Below, in pieces: positions 27,842 through 38,681 of a stretch of 64,000 nucleotides of DNA (position 1 is the stretch's first letter; every line of letters starts with the position of its first letter). A model generated the notes under the pieces. The model was not told the origin of the DNA and did no database searches. It saw nothing but the letters and a program-made list of their open reading frames with translations. Location of the stretch: assembly GCA_902764145.1 (NCBI GenBank), contig CACWUS010000005.1:4207-68206 (forward strand), read 5' to 3'. This stretch comes from an uncultured Erysipelotrichaceae bacterium. GTDB taxonomy: Bacteria > Bacillota_I > Bacilli_A > RF39 > UBA660. Both the position numbers and the translations under genes were made by a program.

Positions 27842-28804
27842 GTGGAATATGTTAAAGTAATATTTCTTCTTTTAGTTGGATTTGTAGTTCTTGTAAAAAG
27901 TTCTGACTATTTTGTTGATGCTGTAAGTTCAATTGCAACAAATTTTAAAATGTCTAAAATGATGATTGCTTTAACAGTAGCTGCATTTGGAACTTGCGCT
28001 CCTGAACTTGCAATATCATTTACTAGTATTTCTGGTGGAAGTGGTGATATTGCTCTTGCAAATGTACTTGGAAGTAATGTGGTTAATATTTTGCTTGTTA
28101 TCGGTTTAGCAGCAACTATTGCTCCCATAAAAGTAAAAAATGAAGTAATAAAAAAAGAGTTACCAATATTATTAGTAATAACATCAATGTTTGTTTTAGC
28201 AACTATTTCCCATTACTTTGGTGCATCAGATAATGATTTTATTTTAAATGGACAAGATGGAATATTATTTATATGTTTCTTCTTTATGTTTATCTTTTAT
28301 ATAATTTCTGTAGTTAAAGCTAAACAAGGTGTATTTGAATCTGAAAAACCTAAATATGGAATGGTAAAATCAATTATAATCACATTGGTGTGTTGTATTT
28401 TAATTATTATATCAAGTGATTTAGTTGTAGATAATGCTAAAGAACTAGCTACAATTTTAAATGTTAGTAATAAGTTAATAACTATGACAGTAGTTGTAAT
28501 TGGAACATCTTTGCCAGAAATGACTATGACAGTAGTAGCTGCTAAAAAAGGAGAATTTGATATAGCTCTTGGAAATATAATAGGAACTAATATATTTAAT
28601 ATAGGTATTGTTCTTGGTTTACCATTAATAATATATGGAGGTTTTTCTTCTCCTAGTTTTAGTTTAATAGATATATTATTTGTACATTTAGCTGCTTTTG
28701 TATTATATGCTTTTGCTAAAAATGATAAAGTATTGTCAAAAGTAGAAGGTGCGATAATGATTGTCTTATTTGTAATGTATTATACATATGTATTTATAGG
28801 ATAA
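27842..28804 (+). CDS. Ca2+/Na+ antiporter (YrbG/CaCA family)
   Basis: Two alpha-repeats GTCAPEL...GSN and GTSLPEM...GTN; about 10 TM. Confidence 0.92.
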   Translation: MEYVKVIFLLLVGFVVLVKSSDYFVDAVSSIATNFKMSKMMIALTVAAFGTCAPELAISFTSISGGSGDIALANVLGSNVVNILLVIGLAATIAPIKVKNEVIKKELPILLVITSMFVLATISHYFGASDNDFILNGQDGILFICFFFMFIFYIISVVKAKQGVFESEKPKYGMVKSIIITLVCCILIIISSDLVVDNAKELATILNVSNKLITMTVVVIGTSLPEMTMTVVAAKKGEFDIALGNIIGTNIFNIGIVLGLPLIIYGGFSSPSFSLIDILFVHLAAFVLYAFAKNDKVLSKVEGAIMIVLFVMYYTYVFIG

Positions 28805-28927
28805 AAATAAAAGAAGCATAAAATGCTTTTTTTCATTGGACAATTTGAATACTAACTTGTGTTAGTATTCTTTTTATTGCATTAATAAATGATTTTTTTT
28901 ATAATATTTATTGTGAGGTAATTGATT

Positions 28928-29782
28928 ATGAAGAAAAAATTTGGAAAAAGAGTTAAAAATGTTCCTGGAATGATGCAGTTAAATTGTGATATTAGAAAAA
29001 CAAGGCAAGAAAGTTATTTGTTTGCTAATCAAAAATTTGATGTTACGGAACTTATGAAATATTTAGAAAGTAGAAAAAAGAAAGGTGATCATATTACTTT
29101 CTTTCAAGCATTTTTAGCTGCTCTTGGAAAAACATTTTATAATCGACCTGTATTAAATAGATTTGTTAAAAATAGACGTATATATGAACATAATGATGTT
29201 TCTTTTGCTTTTGTAGCAAAGGTTGCATTTGATGATAAAGCTGAAGAAATGATGATTCAATGTAAGATTGAACCAGATGATAATATTGATTCAATTAGTA
29301 AAAAAGTATCTGCTAAAGTTAATAAAATTAGGGATGATGCTAAAAAGGTTGAAAAGAAGGGTGCCAATAGTGCTATGGATATTCTTTCTAAACTTCCTAA
29401 TATTGTTAGAATTCCTATTGTTGGATTTTTTAAATGGATGGATAAAATTGGATATTTACCTGATTTCTTAGCAGATGATAATATTTATTATAGTAGTTTG
29501 ATTCTTTCTAATTTAGGTTCTTTTCACTTTGGTGCAATTCATCATAATATAAATGAATTTGGTATTTCTAGTGGACTAGCTACTATTGGAGAAGTGAGAG
29601 ATGAAGAAATAATAGTTAATGGAAAAAAACAAATTAGAAAATTAGTTGAATTTGGTGCTAATTTTGATGAAAGAGCTTCTGATGGATTTTATTTGATTAA
29701 ATCTTTAAATTTATTACAATATATTTTAAGTAATCCTAAGTTATTGGAGGGACCTGCAAATGAAAAAATTGAAATCAAGTGA
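28928..29782 (+). CDS. Stand-alone 2-oxoacid dehydrogenase E2-type acyltransferase catalytic domain
   Basis: No lipoyl or E3-binding domain; LSNLGS; C-terminal FDERASDG in place of the canonical FDHRxxDG. Confidence 0.8.
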   Translation: MKKKFGKRVKNVPGMMQLNCDIRKTRQESYLFANQKFDVTELMKYLESRKKKGDHITFFQAFLAALGKTFYNRPVLNRFVKNRRIYEHNDVSFAFVAKVAFDDKAEEMMIQCKIEPDDNIDSISKKVSAKVNKIRDDAKKVEKKGANSAMDILSKLPNIVRIPIVGFFKWMDKIGYLPDFLADDNIYYSSLILSNLGSFHFGAIHHNINEFGISSGLATIGEVRDEEIIVNGKKQIRKLVEFGANFDERASDGFYLIKSLNLLQYILSNPKLLEGPANEKIEIK

Positions 29783-31664
29783 TAGACCTTGGATAAAATA
29801 TTATAAGGAAGGGGTTAGTCCTAATTTAAACTATAGTAGTGGTGCAATGGTGGGAATGCTACTTGATGCAGTTGCTAGGTTTCCTGAGTATACTGCCTAT
29901 GAATATTATGGTGCTACTGTTACTTTTAGAGAATTATATGAAAAGATAAGAACTAATGCTGCTTGTTTAAAGGAACAAGGTGTAAAAGAAGGGGATAAAG
30001 TTACTATTTGTATGCCTAATACACCATCAGCTATTATTATGTTTTATGCTATTAATATGGTTGGTGCCATAGCAGCTATGGTTCATCCATTATCTGCAGA
30101 AAAAGAAATAGAATTATATTTAAATGAATCTGAAAGTACTTTTTTATTTGTGCTTGATATGGTTTATGAAAGGGTACGTAATATAGTTGATAATACTAAA
30201 GTTAAAAAAGTAGTTATTGGATCTGTTTCTGATAACTTAAAACCAATTAAAAAAATATTATACAAATATAAATCAAGAGGACAAGTTCCTCATATTGAAA
30301 CAACTGATGATATTATGACTTATCAAGAATTTCTTAATTATGGATATGGTTATAGTGGTGAAATCATGACTCTTAGAAAACCCGAGGATCCAGCTGTAAT
30401 ATTATATAGTGGTGGAACTAGTGGAGACCCTAAAGGAATAGTTTTATCAAATTTAAATTTTAATGCTCTTGCATTACAAAGTCATTTAATGTGTGATCCT
30501 TCTAAAGAAGGTGAATCAATTTTAGCAATACTTCCAATATTTCATGGCTTTGGTCTTGGGGTATGCATTCATACAACTCTTTGTTGTGGCATGAAAGTAA
30601 TACTAATTCCTGATTTTTCACCTAAAAATATGGTTAAGGAAATAAAAAAACATCAGCCTAATTTCTTATGTGCTGTACCATCTCTTTTTGAAAGCCTTGC
30701 TAAGAGCAGTAAAATTGGAAAGAATGATTTATCTTGTATAAGATGTGCAGTTAGTGGGGGAGACTTTATGTCATCAACTTTAAAAGCAGAAGTAGATAAA
30801 TGCTTACGTGAACATGGTTCTACTGCTGAAGTAAGAGTTGGCTATGGTTTGACTGAAGCAAGTGCAGCTACATGCTTAACACCAACTGGTAGATATAAAG
30901 ATGGTTCTATTGGAATACCATTTCCAGATACATATTATAAAATAGTGGCAATTGGGTCACATGAAGAAGTACCATATGGAGTAGATGGCGAAATATGTAT
31001 AAGTGGTCCTACAGTAATGCTTGGATATTTAAATAGTCCAAAGGAAACTGTAAAAACGTTAAGAATGCATTCTGATGGAAAAGTATGGTTACATACAGGA
31101 GATATTGGTTGTATGGATGAAGAAGGATATGTCTTCTTTAAACAAAGGTTGAAAAGGGTAATTATTTCAAATGGATATAATTTATATCCTACATATATTG
31201 AAAATGTTATAAATTCATATGATAAAGTACTTACAAGTACAGTAATAGGTATTCCTCATCCTAAAAAAGTTCAAGTTGCTAAAGCATATATTGTTCTTAA
31301 AGATGATATTAAGCCAACTAAAGATATATTAAAGAGTATAAAGAAACATTGTGAAAAAAATTTAGCTGCATATTCTTTGCCAAGTGAATATGAATTTATG
31401 TCTTCATTACCAAAAACTCTTGTTGGAAAAGTTGCATATACCAAACTTGAAAATAGCGAGAAAGATAATAAGGTTGAAGTTGAAGAAAATACTGTGATTG
31501 AAACTGAAAAAGAAAAAAAGAAAAGATTAAAGAGAGAGCAAAAAGAAGCTTTGAAGAAAGAAAAGCTTGAGAAAAAGCTTTTGAAAAAAGCTCTTAAGGA
31601 AAAACGTAAAGAGGAGAAAAGAAAAGCAAAATTAGAGAAAAAAACACACAAAAACAACAATTAA
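29760..31664 (+). CDS. Long-chain acyl-CoA synthetase/AMP-binding enzyme with Lys-rich C-terminal tail
   Basis: YSGGTSGDPKG, GYGLTE, GEICISGP, HTGD, LVGKV motifs. Confidence 0.9.
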   Translation: MKKLKSSDRPWIKYYKEGVSPNLNYSSGAMVGMLLDAVARFPEYTAYEYYGATVTFRELYEKIRTNAACLKEQGVKEGDKVTICMPNTPSAIIMFYAINMVGAIAAMVHPLSAEKEIELYLNESESTFLFVLDMVYERVRNIVDNTKVKKVVIGSVSDNLKPIKKILYKYKSRGQVPHIETTDDIMTYQEFLNYGYGYSGEIMTLRKPEDPAVILYSGGTSGDPKGIVLSNLNFNALALQSHLMCDPSKEGESILAILPIFHGFGLGVCIHTTLCCGMKVILIPDFSPKNMVKEIKKHQPNFLCAVPSLFESLAKSSKIGKNDLSCIRCAVSGGDFMSSTLKAEVDKCLREHGSTAEVRVGYGLTEASAATCLTPTGRYKDGSIGIPFPDTYYKIVAIGSHEEVPYGVDGEICISGPTVMLGYLNSPKETVKTLRMHSDGKVWLHTGDIGCMDEEGYVFFKQRLKRVIISNGYNLYPTYIENVINSYDKVLTSTVIGIPHPKKVQVAKAYIVLKDDIKPTKDILKSIKKHCEKNLAAYSLPSEYEFMSSLPKTLVGKVAYTKLENSEKDNKVEVEENTVIETEKEKKKRLKREQKEALKKEKLEKKLLKKALKEKRKEEKRKAKLEKKTHKNNN

Positions 31665-31683
31665 TGTGTAAAAGGAGTAAAAC

Positions 31684-33081
31684 ATGAAAAAATATGATGT
31701 AGCAATTGTTGGAGCAGGTCCAGCAGGATTGTTTTGTGCTTATGAACTTATAGAAAAAAATAGTAAATTAAAAATAGCATTAATTGATAAAGGACGTAGA
31801 GCTGAAACAAGAATGTGTCCAATGAAAGTAAATGGTGGAAAGTGTTTAAACTGTAATCCATGTCAGATAATGTCTGGTTACGGAGGGGCTGGTACTTTCT
31901 CTGATGGAAAATTAAATTTTATACCTAAACTTGGAAAAAGTGATTTATTTAAATACATGTCTCAAAGTGAAGCATATAAAATAATTGATGATACTGAAGA
32001 AATATTTACTAAATTTAAAATGGATAGTGAGATTTATCCTTCTAATATGGACGAAGCTGAACAAATAAAAAAGGAAGTAGCTAAAAACGGAGCTAGGTTG
32101 CTTTTAATTAAGCAAAAACATTTAGGTAGTGATAAGTTACCTGGGTATATTAAAGATTTCACAGATTATTTAGAAAATAAGGGTGTAGATATTTATCAAA
32201 ATTCTGATGTTCTTGATATAATTAGTAAGGGCAAAAATGAACATGAATTAATTATTAAAAATTTAAAAGAGAAAACAACATTAATTAGTAAAAATGTAGT
32301 AGTAGCTCCTGGTAGAACTGGTGCTAAATGGGTACAAGAACTTGCTGATAAATATAATATTCCATATACTAGTCAAAGTATAGAAATTGGTGTAAGAGTA
32401 GAAGTTAGAAAAGAAATTCTAGAAGATATTACAAATGTAATATATGATCCAACTATTTTTATTAAAACAGATACATACACAGATGAAATAAGAACATTTT
32501 GTACAAACCCAGGAGGTTATGTTACTAAAGAAAACTATTATGGATTTATTTGTGTAAATGGGCATTCACTAAAGGAAGTAAAATCTCCTAACTCAAATTT
32601 TGCATTTATTAGTAAGGTTGGTCTTACAGAACCTGTTACTAATACTAGACTATATGGAGAAAGTATTGCTAGAATTGCTAATGTTTTAGGTGATGGAAAG
32701 CCAATTGTACAGTCTCTAAGAGATTTGAAAAAAGGTAGAAGAAGTGACTGGAAAAGAATTAATAAAGGATTTATTGAACCAACTCTTAAAGATTGCGTAG
32801 CAGGTGATTTAGCTTTAATTCTTCCTCATAGAATTATTACTAATATTTTAGAGGGACTTGAAAAATTAGATAAGATAATTCCGGGTGTAAATAATGATGA
32901 AACTTTATTATATGGGCCAGAAATTAAATTTTTTAGTAATGAAATAGATACAAATAATAAATTTAAGCTTGAAGATTATGACATATATTTTATAGGGGAT
33001 GGGTCAGGTAAAGCAGGTAATATTGTTACTGCTGCTGCGACTGGTTTAATAGCAGCAAGAGATATACTTGATAGAAAATAA
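31684..33081 (+). CDS. FAD-dependent oxidoreductase (COG2509-like)
   Basis: GAGPAG Rossmann motif, GGAGTFSDGK, RTFCTNP, GDGSG; N-terminal Cys cluster CPM..CLNCNPC. Confidence 0.88.
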   Translation: MKKYDVAIVGAGPAGLFCAYELIEKNSKLKIALIDKGRRAETRMCPMKVNGGKCLNCNPCQIMSGYGGAGTFSDGKLNFIPKLGKSDLFKYMSQSEAYKIIDDTEEIFTKFKMDSEIYPSNMDEAEQIKKEVAKNGARLLLIKQKHLGSDKLPGYIKDFTDYLENKGVDIYQNSDVLDIISKGKNEHELIIKNLKEKTTLISKNVVVAPGRTGAKWVQELADKYNIPYTSQSIEIGVRVEVRKEILEDITNVIYDPTIFIKTDTYTDEIRTFCTNPGGYVTKENYYGFICVNGHSLKEVKSPNSNFAFISKVGLTEPVTNTRLYGESIARIANVLGDGKPIVQSLRDLKKGRRSDWKRINKGFIEPTLKDCVAGDLALILPHRIITNILEGLEKLDKIIPGVNNDETLLYGPEIKFFSNEIDTNNKFKLEDYDIYFIGDGSGKAGNIVTAAATGLIAARDILDRK

Positions 33082-33082
33082 T

Positions 33083-34012
33083 ATGGATAAAGATTATTAT
33101 GAATTAGTATTAAATACATTTATAGAGTATTATGACACTCCTCATTTAGAATTTATAAGAAATAATATATTTATATTAAAAGAACTCAGTGCTGTTCTTT
33201 ATGAAGAAATATCAGATATAGACTTAAAAGATGAAGAATATACTGAATATTATAGTTTTTATGATTCTACTTCATTAGCAAGAGATTTTATAGGATATAT
33301 TAATCCAAAATATTTAGAATCTTATGACAAATTTATTGTTAATGGAACATTTGATATTATTAGTGAACCAGAAAGTATTGAAGAAGAAGGTTACGTTGAT
33401 AGTGAAATACTTGATGATGGTCAAATTAGAAATAGTATTAGAATTCCTCTAAAACATAATTTAGATGATGTTTATACTATTGTTCATGAGTTTTTCCATA
33501 CAACCAATATTGAATCTTTTGATACTTTTGATAGAGATTTATTAACTGAGTCTGTTTCTATATTCTATGAATTTATATTACATGATTATTTAAGTGATAA
33601 AAATGTAAATCATATTGATAATAATAATTCAATTAACTTTAGATTAAATCAAATATTAGATGATTGTTATTGTGTAAATTATGAATTAGATTATATATAT
33701 GATGTATTTAATGATATTGATTTAAACTATGGTGAAAAATCACAAGATGAAATGGATGAATACTTTGAAGAATTATTTAGTGATGTAAAGTATTTTGTTT
33801 CTTCTTTAATTGCAATTGTTAAGTATTATGAGTATAAAAATGGCTATATAAATATTGGTCAAATTGAAAGATTTAATGAGAGTTTAAAATATAGTGATAA
33901 TCTTAATAGTTTAGAATTTATATTTAATAGAAATATAAGTGAAGAAGATATTAAAGCATCATGTGATTACATTAAACAAGTGCTTAGTAAAGAATTTGGT
34001 ATGAAAAAATAA
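33083..34012 (+). CDS. Acidic hypothetical protein with zincin HExxH motif
   Basis: VHEFFH at 33485-33499 with downstream TESVSIFYE (gluzincin-like third ligand). Confidence 0.6.
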   Translation: MDKDYYELVLNTFIEYYDTPHLEFIRNNIFILKELSAVLYEEISDIDLKDEEYTEYYSFYDSTSLARDFIGYINPKYLESYDKFIVNGTFDIISEPESIEEEGYVDSEILDDGQIRNSIRIPLKHNLDDVYTIVHEFFHTTNIESFDTFDRDLLTESVSIFYEFILHDYLSDKNVNHIDNNNSINFRLNQILDDCYCVNYELDYIYDVFNDIDLNYGEKSQDEMDEYFEELFSDVKYFVSSLIAIVKYYEYKNGYINIGQIERFNESLKYSDNLNSLEFIFNRNISEEDIKASCDYIKQVLSKEFGMKK

Positions 34013-34149
34013 TTCATACCTTTTTTATTTTCTTGCAATTTATCGAGTCTATTTATATAATAGAAAATTGAGTAAATATTTATTAGAAAAAGATTTCAAA
34101 AATATATATTGTGTGTTAAAATATTATGTAGATAAGGAAGGTAATTGCA

Positions 34150-34938
34150 GTGGGAAAAGTAATATCATTAGTAAATCAAAAAGGTGGAGTAGGAAAAACA
34201 ACAACTAGTATAAATTTATCTAGTTCTTTAGGGCATCTAGGTAAAAAAGTTTTACTAATTGATTTAGATTCACAAAGTAATACAACTACCGGCTTAGGTG
34301 TTGAAAAAGCAAAAATTAAAAAGAGTATATACAATGTTATAATGAATGATTGTGATATTAAGGATGCTATTATTAAAACACCATTTAAGAATTTAAGTGT
34401 AATACCATCTGTTATTGATTTAGCAGCAGCTGAAATTGAAATAATACAAATAAGTTCACAAGATAGAAATTTCATTATGACAGAACAATTAAAGAAGCAA
34501 ATTGATAAAATAAGAGATAGATATGATTTTATTATAATAGATTGTCCACCTGCACTTGGTATTTTAACTACAAATGCACTTGCTGCATCTGATTCAGTAT
34601 TAATACCAATACAATGTGAATATTATAGTTTAGAAGGGGTTAATTTATTACTTAAAACAATATTACAAGTACAAAAGAAAGTTAATTCTGGATTAGAAAT
34701 TGAGGGAGTACTATTAACTATGCTTGATGGAAGAACATTATTAGGACTTGAAGTAGTCGAGGATGTTAGAAAATTCTTCAATGAAAAAGTGTTTAGTACA
34801 ATAATACCTAGACTTGTAAAATTAGTAGAGGCTCCATCACATGGAAAACCTATTATAGAATATGATCCAAAGAGTAAAGGGGCATTAGCTTATTTAAATT
34901 TAGCTAAAGAGGTGATAGAAAGAAATGGAAACAAATAG
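34150..34938 (+). CDS. soj: Chromosome partitioning ATPase Soj/ParA
   Basis: NQKGGVGKTTT, DLDSQ, DCPP, PIQCEYY, EAPSHGKP. Confidence 0.96.
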   Translation: MGKVISLVNQKGGVGKTTTSINLSSSLGHLGKKVLLIDLDSQSNTTTGLGVEKAKIKKSIYNVIMNDCDIKDAIIKTPFKNLSVIPSVIDLAAAEIEIIQISSQDRNFIMTEQLKKQIDKIRDRYDFIIIDCPPALGILTTNALAASDSVLIPIQCEYYSLEGVNLLLKTILQVQKKVNSGLEIEGVLLTMLDGRTLLGLEVVEDVRKFFNEKVFSTIIPRLVKLVEAPSHGKPIIEYDPKSKGALAYLNLAKEVIERNGNK

Positions 34939-35818
34939 AAAAGCATTAGGTAGAGGATTAGAACAATTATTTTCAAATGAGTCAATTTATTCAAATCCAT
35001 TGGATACGTTAGACAAAATGGTTGAAGAAACACCAAAAGAAGAAATTGTAGAAGTTAAATTAAGCGAACTTAGAAGTAATCCATATCAACCTAGAAGAAA
35101 TTTTGATGAAGAAAAATTAAATGAATTGGCTGCATCAATTAAAGAATTTGGTGTGCTTGAACCAATTTTAATTAAGAAAAGTATTCATGGTTATGAAATA
35201 ATTGCTGGTGAAAGAAGATATAAGGCTAGTCAAATTGCTGGTCTTGAAACTATACCTGCAGTTATTAAAGATTTCAGCGATGAAAATATGATGCAAATAG
35301 CATTGCTTGAAAATATTCAAAGAGAAGATTTAAGTGCTATTGAGGAAGCTGAAGCTTATTCAAAATTAATTAAATCTCTTGGAATTAGTCAAGAAGAATT
35401 ATCTCGTAGAATGGGTAAAAGTAGAAGCCATATAACAAATATGATAGGACTTTTAAAATTACCTGAAGAAATTAAAAAAGATGTAGTTGATGGACTTATT
35501 TCAATGGGACATGCAAGAGTTTTGAGTAAACTTGAAGATAAAGATAAAATCTTAGAACTTGCTAACAAAATTAAAAATAATCATATGTCTGTTCGTGATT
35601 TAGAAAATGTTGCTAGTAGTAGTGAATATAAAAGAACTAATCCAACTGTTAATAAAGTAAAAGAAACAAATCAATATAATTATGTTGAAGATGCTTTCAC
35701 TGATAAAATTGGAAATAGAGTAAGAATTAAAAATAAGAAGATTGTTATTCCATTTAATAGTGATAAAGATTTAGAAAGAATACTTGAAATATTAAGTGTA
35801 GAAGTGAAAGTTGATTAA
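34925..35818 (+). CDS. spo0J: Chromosome partitioning protein Spo0J/ParB
   Basis: RKALGRGL N-peptide, NPYQPR, AGERR box II, LLENIQREDL, GKSRSHITN HTH. Confidence 0.96.
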   Translation: METNRKALGRGLEQLFSNESIYSNPLDTLDKMVEETPKEEIVEVKLSELRSNPYQPRRNFDEEKLNELAASIKEFGVLEPILIKKSIHGYEIIAGERRYKASQIAGLETIPAVIKDFSDENMMQIALLENIQREDLSAIEEAEAYSKLIKSLGISQEELSRRMGKSRSHITNMIGLLKLPEEIKKDVVDGLISMGHARVLSKLEDKDKILELANKIKNNHMSVRDLENVASSSEYKRTNPTVNKVKETNQYNYVEDAFTDKIGNRVRIKNKKIVIPFNSDKDLERILEILSVEVKVD

Positions 35819-35819
35819 T

Positions 35820-36005
35820 ATGAATAAAGAATATAAAATAGGAAGTAAAGTTATTATGAAAAAAGACCACCCTTGCGGTACTAATCTTTGGGAAGTAACA
35901 AGGGTAGGTGTTGATATAAAAATAAAGTGTGTTAATTGTGGTAGAAGTATTATGATGGACCGCACTGAATTTAATAAGAAAATAAAGAAAGTAGAGGAAT
36001 ACTAA
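35820..36005 (+). CDS. DUF951 (YyzM) family protein
   Basis: MKKDHPCG...RVGVDIKIKC..CGR; usual position near spo0J/ychF. Confidence 0.9.
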   Translation: MNKEYKIGSKVIMKKDHPCGTNLWEVTRVGVDIKIKCVNCGRSIMMDRTEFNKKIKKVEEY

Positions 36006-37534
36006 TGTTTAAAAGGAAAAAGAAAATAAGTCCTATATTAGCATTTATTATTTTAACTCTTATAACTATTATTCTTAGTGGTTTTTTACATTTGCTTAAT
36101 GTTCAAGGTGAATATATAACTGTAAATAAAGCAACAAATGATTTTGTTAATAATGTGGTAGAAGTTAAGAATTTATTTAGTACAAGTGGTATTAAATATA
36201 TAGTAACTCATGCAGTTAAGAATTTTGTTAATTTTGCACCATTATCAACTTTAATAATTGTGTTAATTGGAATTGGTGTATTGGAAAAGTCAGGTTTTTT
36301 AAAAGCATTTTTTACATTAATAGCAAAACATACTAAAAAAAATACATTAACATTTTTACTAATATTCATAAGTTTATGTTTTTCATTGTTAGGTGATATA
36401 GGTTTTGTAATTATGTTACCTATTGGAGCTTTATTGTTTAAATATGGTAGAAGAAATCCTTTTGGAGGAATAATAGCATCATTTGCTGCATTATCTTTTG
36501 GTAGTGGAATTAATATATTCTTATCTGCTAATGATAGTTCGTTATTATCTTTAACGCTAAATGCTGCAAGGCTTACTGATCAATCTTATAAAATTGGATC
36601 ATTTTTTTCATTATTTATAATGATTGTATTATTATTAGTTGTAGCATTTGTATTTACTTATGTTACTGAAAAGAAAATAATGCCAAAACTACCAAGATAT
36701 GAAACAGAAGAAGAGGAATTAATAATTACTAACAAAGAATTAAGAGGGTTAATAATAGGACTTGGAATCGGATTTGTATATACGTTAATTATCATTTATA
36801 TGATAATACCTGGATTACCTTTATCAGGTGCACTTCTTGATTCACGTGCAACTATGTATATAGATAAATTATTTGGAGCAAATTCATTATTTAATCAAGG
36901 ATTTATATTTATTGTAACAGTTTTATTTGCATTAATAGGTTTTGGTTATGGATTTATGACTAAGAGTATTAGGCATAGTAAGGAAGTTACTGAAAGTTTA
37001 GCATATTCACTAGATGGAATTGGAAATATTCTAGTATTATTATTCTTTGCATCATTATTTATAACAGTGTTTACTGAAAGTGGAATAGGTGAAGTAGTTA
37101 CTGCTGGAATATCAAGTTTAATTGGTGGTCTTAAATTTACAGGAATTTGGTTAATATTAATTAGTATAATTTTAGTTTGTATTGCGAATGTATTATGTCC
37201 AGATTCTCTTACAAAATGGACAATTCTTTCTGCAACTATTGTTCCATTATTTATGAATGCAAGTATTAGTCCAGAGTATTCACAATTAGTTTTTGTAGCA
37301 GGCGATACTATTACTAATGGACTTACACCATTATTTGTATATTTTGTAATTTATCTTGCATTCTTAGAAAAATATAACAAAGGTGAAATGGTTACTTTAA
37401 GAGGAAGTATAAAATATATGATGCCTTATGCTATTCATGTATCTATAATAATGTTTGTAGTGATGGTAGGATGGTATATGATAGGAGTTCCAACAGGAAT
37501 TGGGTCATTCCCAGGTGTAATTTATGGCGCTTAA
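36005..37534 (+). CDS. AbgT family transporter
   Basis: NFVNFAPL, GVLEKSG, GRNPFGG, GDTITN..TPL motifs; polytopic membrane protein. Confidence 0.85.
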   Translation: MFKRKKKISPILAFIILTLITIILSGFLHLLNVQGEYITVNKATNDFVNNVVEVKNLFSTSGIKYIVTHAVKNFVNFAPLSTLIIVLIGIGVLEKSGFLKAFFTLIAKHTKKNTLTFLLIFISLCFSLLGDIGFVIMLPIGALLFKYGRRNPFGGIIASFAALSFGSGINIFLSANDSSLLSLTLNAARLTDQSYKIGSFFSLFIMIVLLLVVAFVFTYVTEKKIMPKLPRYETEEEELIITNKELRGLIIGLGIGFVYTLIIIYMIIPGLPLSGALLDSRATMYIDKLFGANSLFNQGFIFIVTVLFALIGFGYGFMTKSIRHSKEVTESLAYSLDGIGNILVLLFFASLFITVFTESGIGEVVTAGISSLIGGLKFTGIWLILISIILVCIANVLCPDSLTKWTILSATIVPLFMNASISPEYSQLVFVAGDTITNGLTPLFVYFVIYLAFLEKYNKGEMVTLRGSIKYMMPYAIHVSIIMFVVMVGWYMIGVPTGIGSFPGVIYGA

Positions 37535-38630
37535 AGCAGGTATAATTGGTCTTCCTAATGTAGGGAAAAGTACATTGTTTAATGCAATAACTAAGAAGAA
37601 TATATTAGCAGCAAATTATCCATTTGCAACAATTGATCCTAATGTTGGAGTTGTAACAGTTCCAGATCAAAGATTAGAAGTATTAAATGATATGTATATG
37701 CCAGAAAGATTAATAGCGACTCAATATGAGTTTATCGATATCGCTGGTCTTGTTAAAGGCGCTTCTACTGGTGAGGGGCTTGGTAATAAATTCTTAGCAA
37801 ATATTAGAGAAGTAGATGCTATAGTACAAGTAGTTAGATGTTTTGAAAATAAAGACATTATTCATGTTGAAGGTACAATTAATCCTAGAAGAGATATTGA
37901 AATAGTTAATTATGAACTTATTTTAAGTGATTTAGAAATAGTTGAAAATAGACTTGCTAAAATAGAAAAGAAAGCAGTTACTACAAATGATAAAGATTCA
38001 TTATATGAAGTTGCTTTACTTAAAAAAGCTAAAGAGAATTTAAGCAGTGGAAAAATGCTTAGATTGGTTAGTTTTGATGAAAAAGAATCTAAATTATTAA
38101 AGACATATAATTTAATAACTAACAAACCATTTATATATTTAGCAAATGTTAGCGAAGATGATTTACTAAATAATGGAAATAAATATGTAGATGAGGTTAG
38201 AGAAATAGCTTCTATTGAAGAATCTTCAGTAGTACTTATGTGTGCTAAGATTGAAAGTGAATTAAGCGAATTAGATGAGGAAACCAAAAAAGAGTTTTTA
38301 CGTGATTTAGGTATTGCTAATAGTGGTCTTGATCAATTGATTCATATTACGTATCATATGCTTGGACTTAAAACATTTTTCACGGTTGGAAAAGATGAAG
38401 TTAGAGCATGGACGTTTAAAGATGGAATGAAAGCTCCAGAATGTGCAGGAATTATTCATACGGATTTTGAAAAAGGTTTTATTAAAGCTGAAGTAATGAG
38501 CTATGATGATTTAATTACTTATGGTAGTGAATTAAAAGTTAAAGAAGCCGGAAAAGCTAGACTTGAAGGAAAAGAATATTTAATGCAAGATGGAGATATT
38601 TGTTATTTTAGATTTAATGTTACTAAATAA
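37524..38630 (+). CDS. ychF: Redox-regulated ATPase YchF
   Basis: [46 protein letters not shown]. Confidence 0.97.
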   Translation: MALKAGIIGLPNVGKSTLFNAITKKNILAANYPFATIDPNVGVVTVPDQRLEVLNDMYMPERLIATQYEFIDIAGLVKGASTGEGLGNKFLANIREVDAIVQVVRCFENKDIIHVEGTINPRRDIEIVNYELILSDLEIVENRLAKIEKKAVTTNDKDSLYEVALLKKAKENLSSGKMLRLVSFDEKESKLLKTYNLITNKPFIYLANVSEDDLLNNGNKYVDEVREIASIEESSVVLMCAKIESELSELDEETKKEFLRDLGIANSGLDQLIHITYHMLGLKTFFTVGKDEVRAWTFKDGMKAPECAGIIHTDFEKGFIKAEVMSYDDLITYGSELKVKEAGKARLEGKEYLMQDGDICYFRFNVTK

Positions 38631-38681
38631 GAGTGTTAACACTCTTTTATTTTGATATAATATAGATAATAGGTGAATAAT

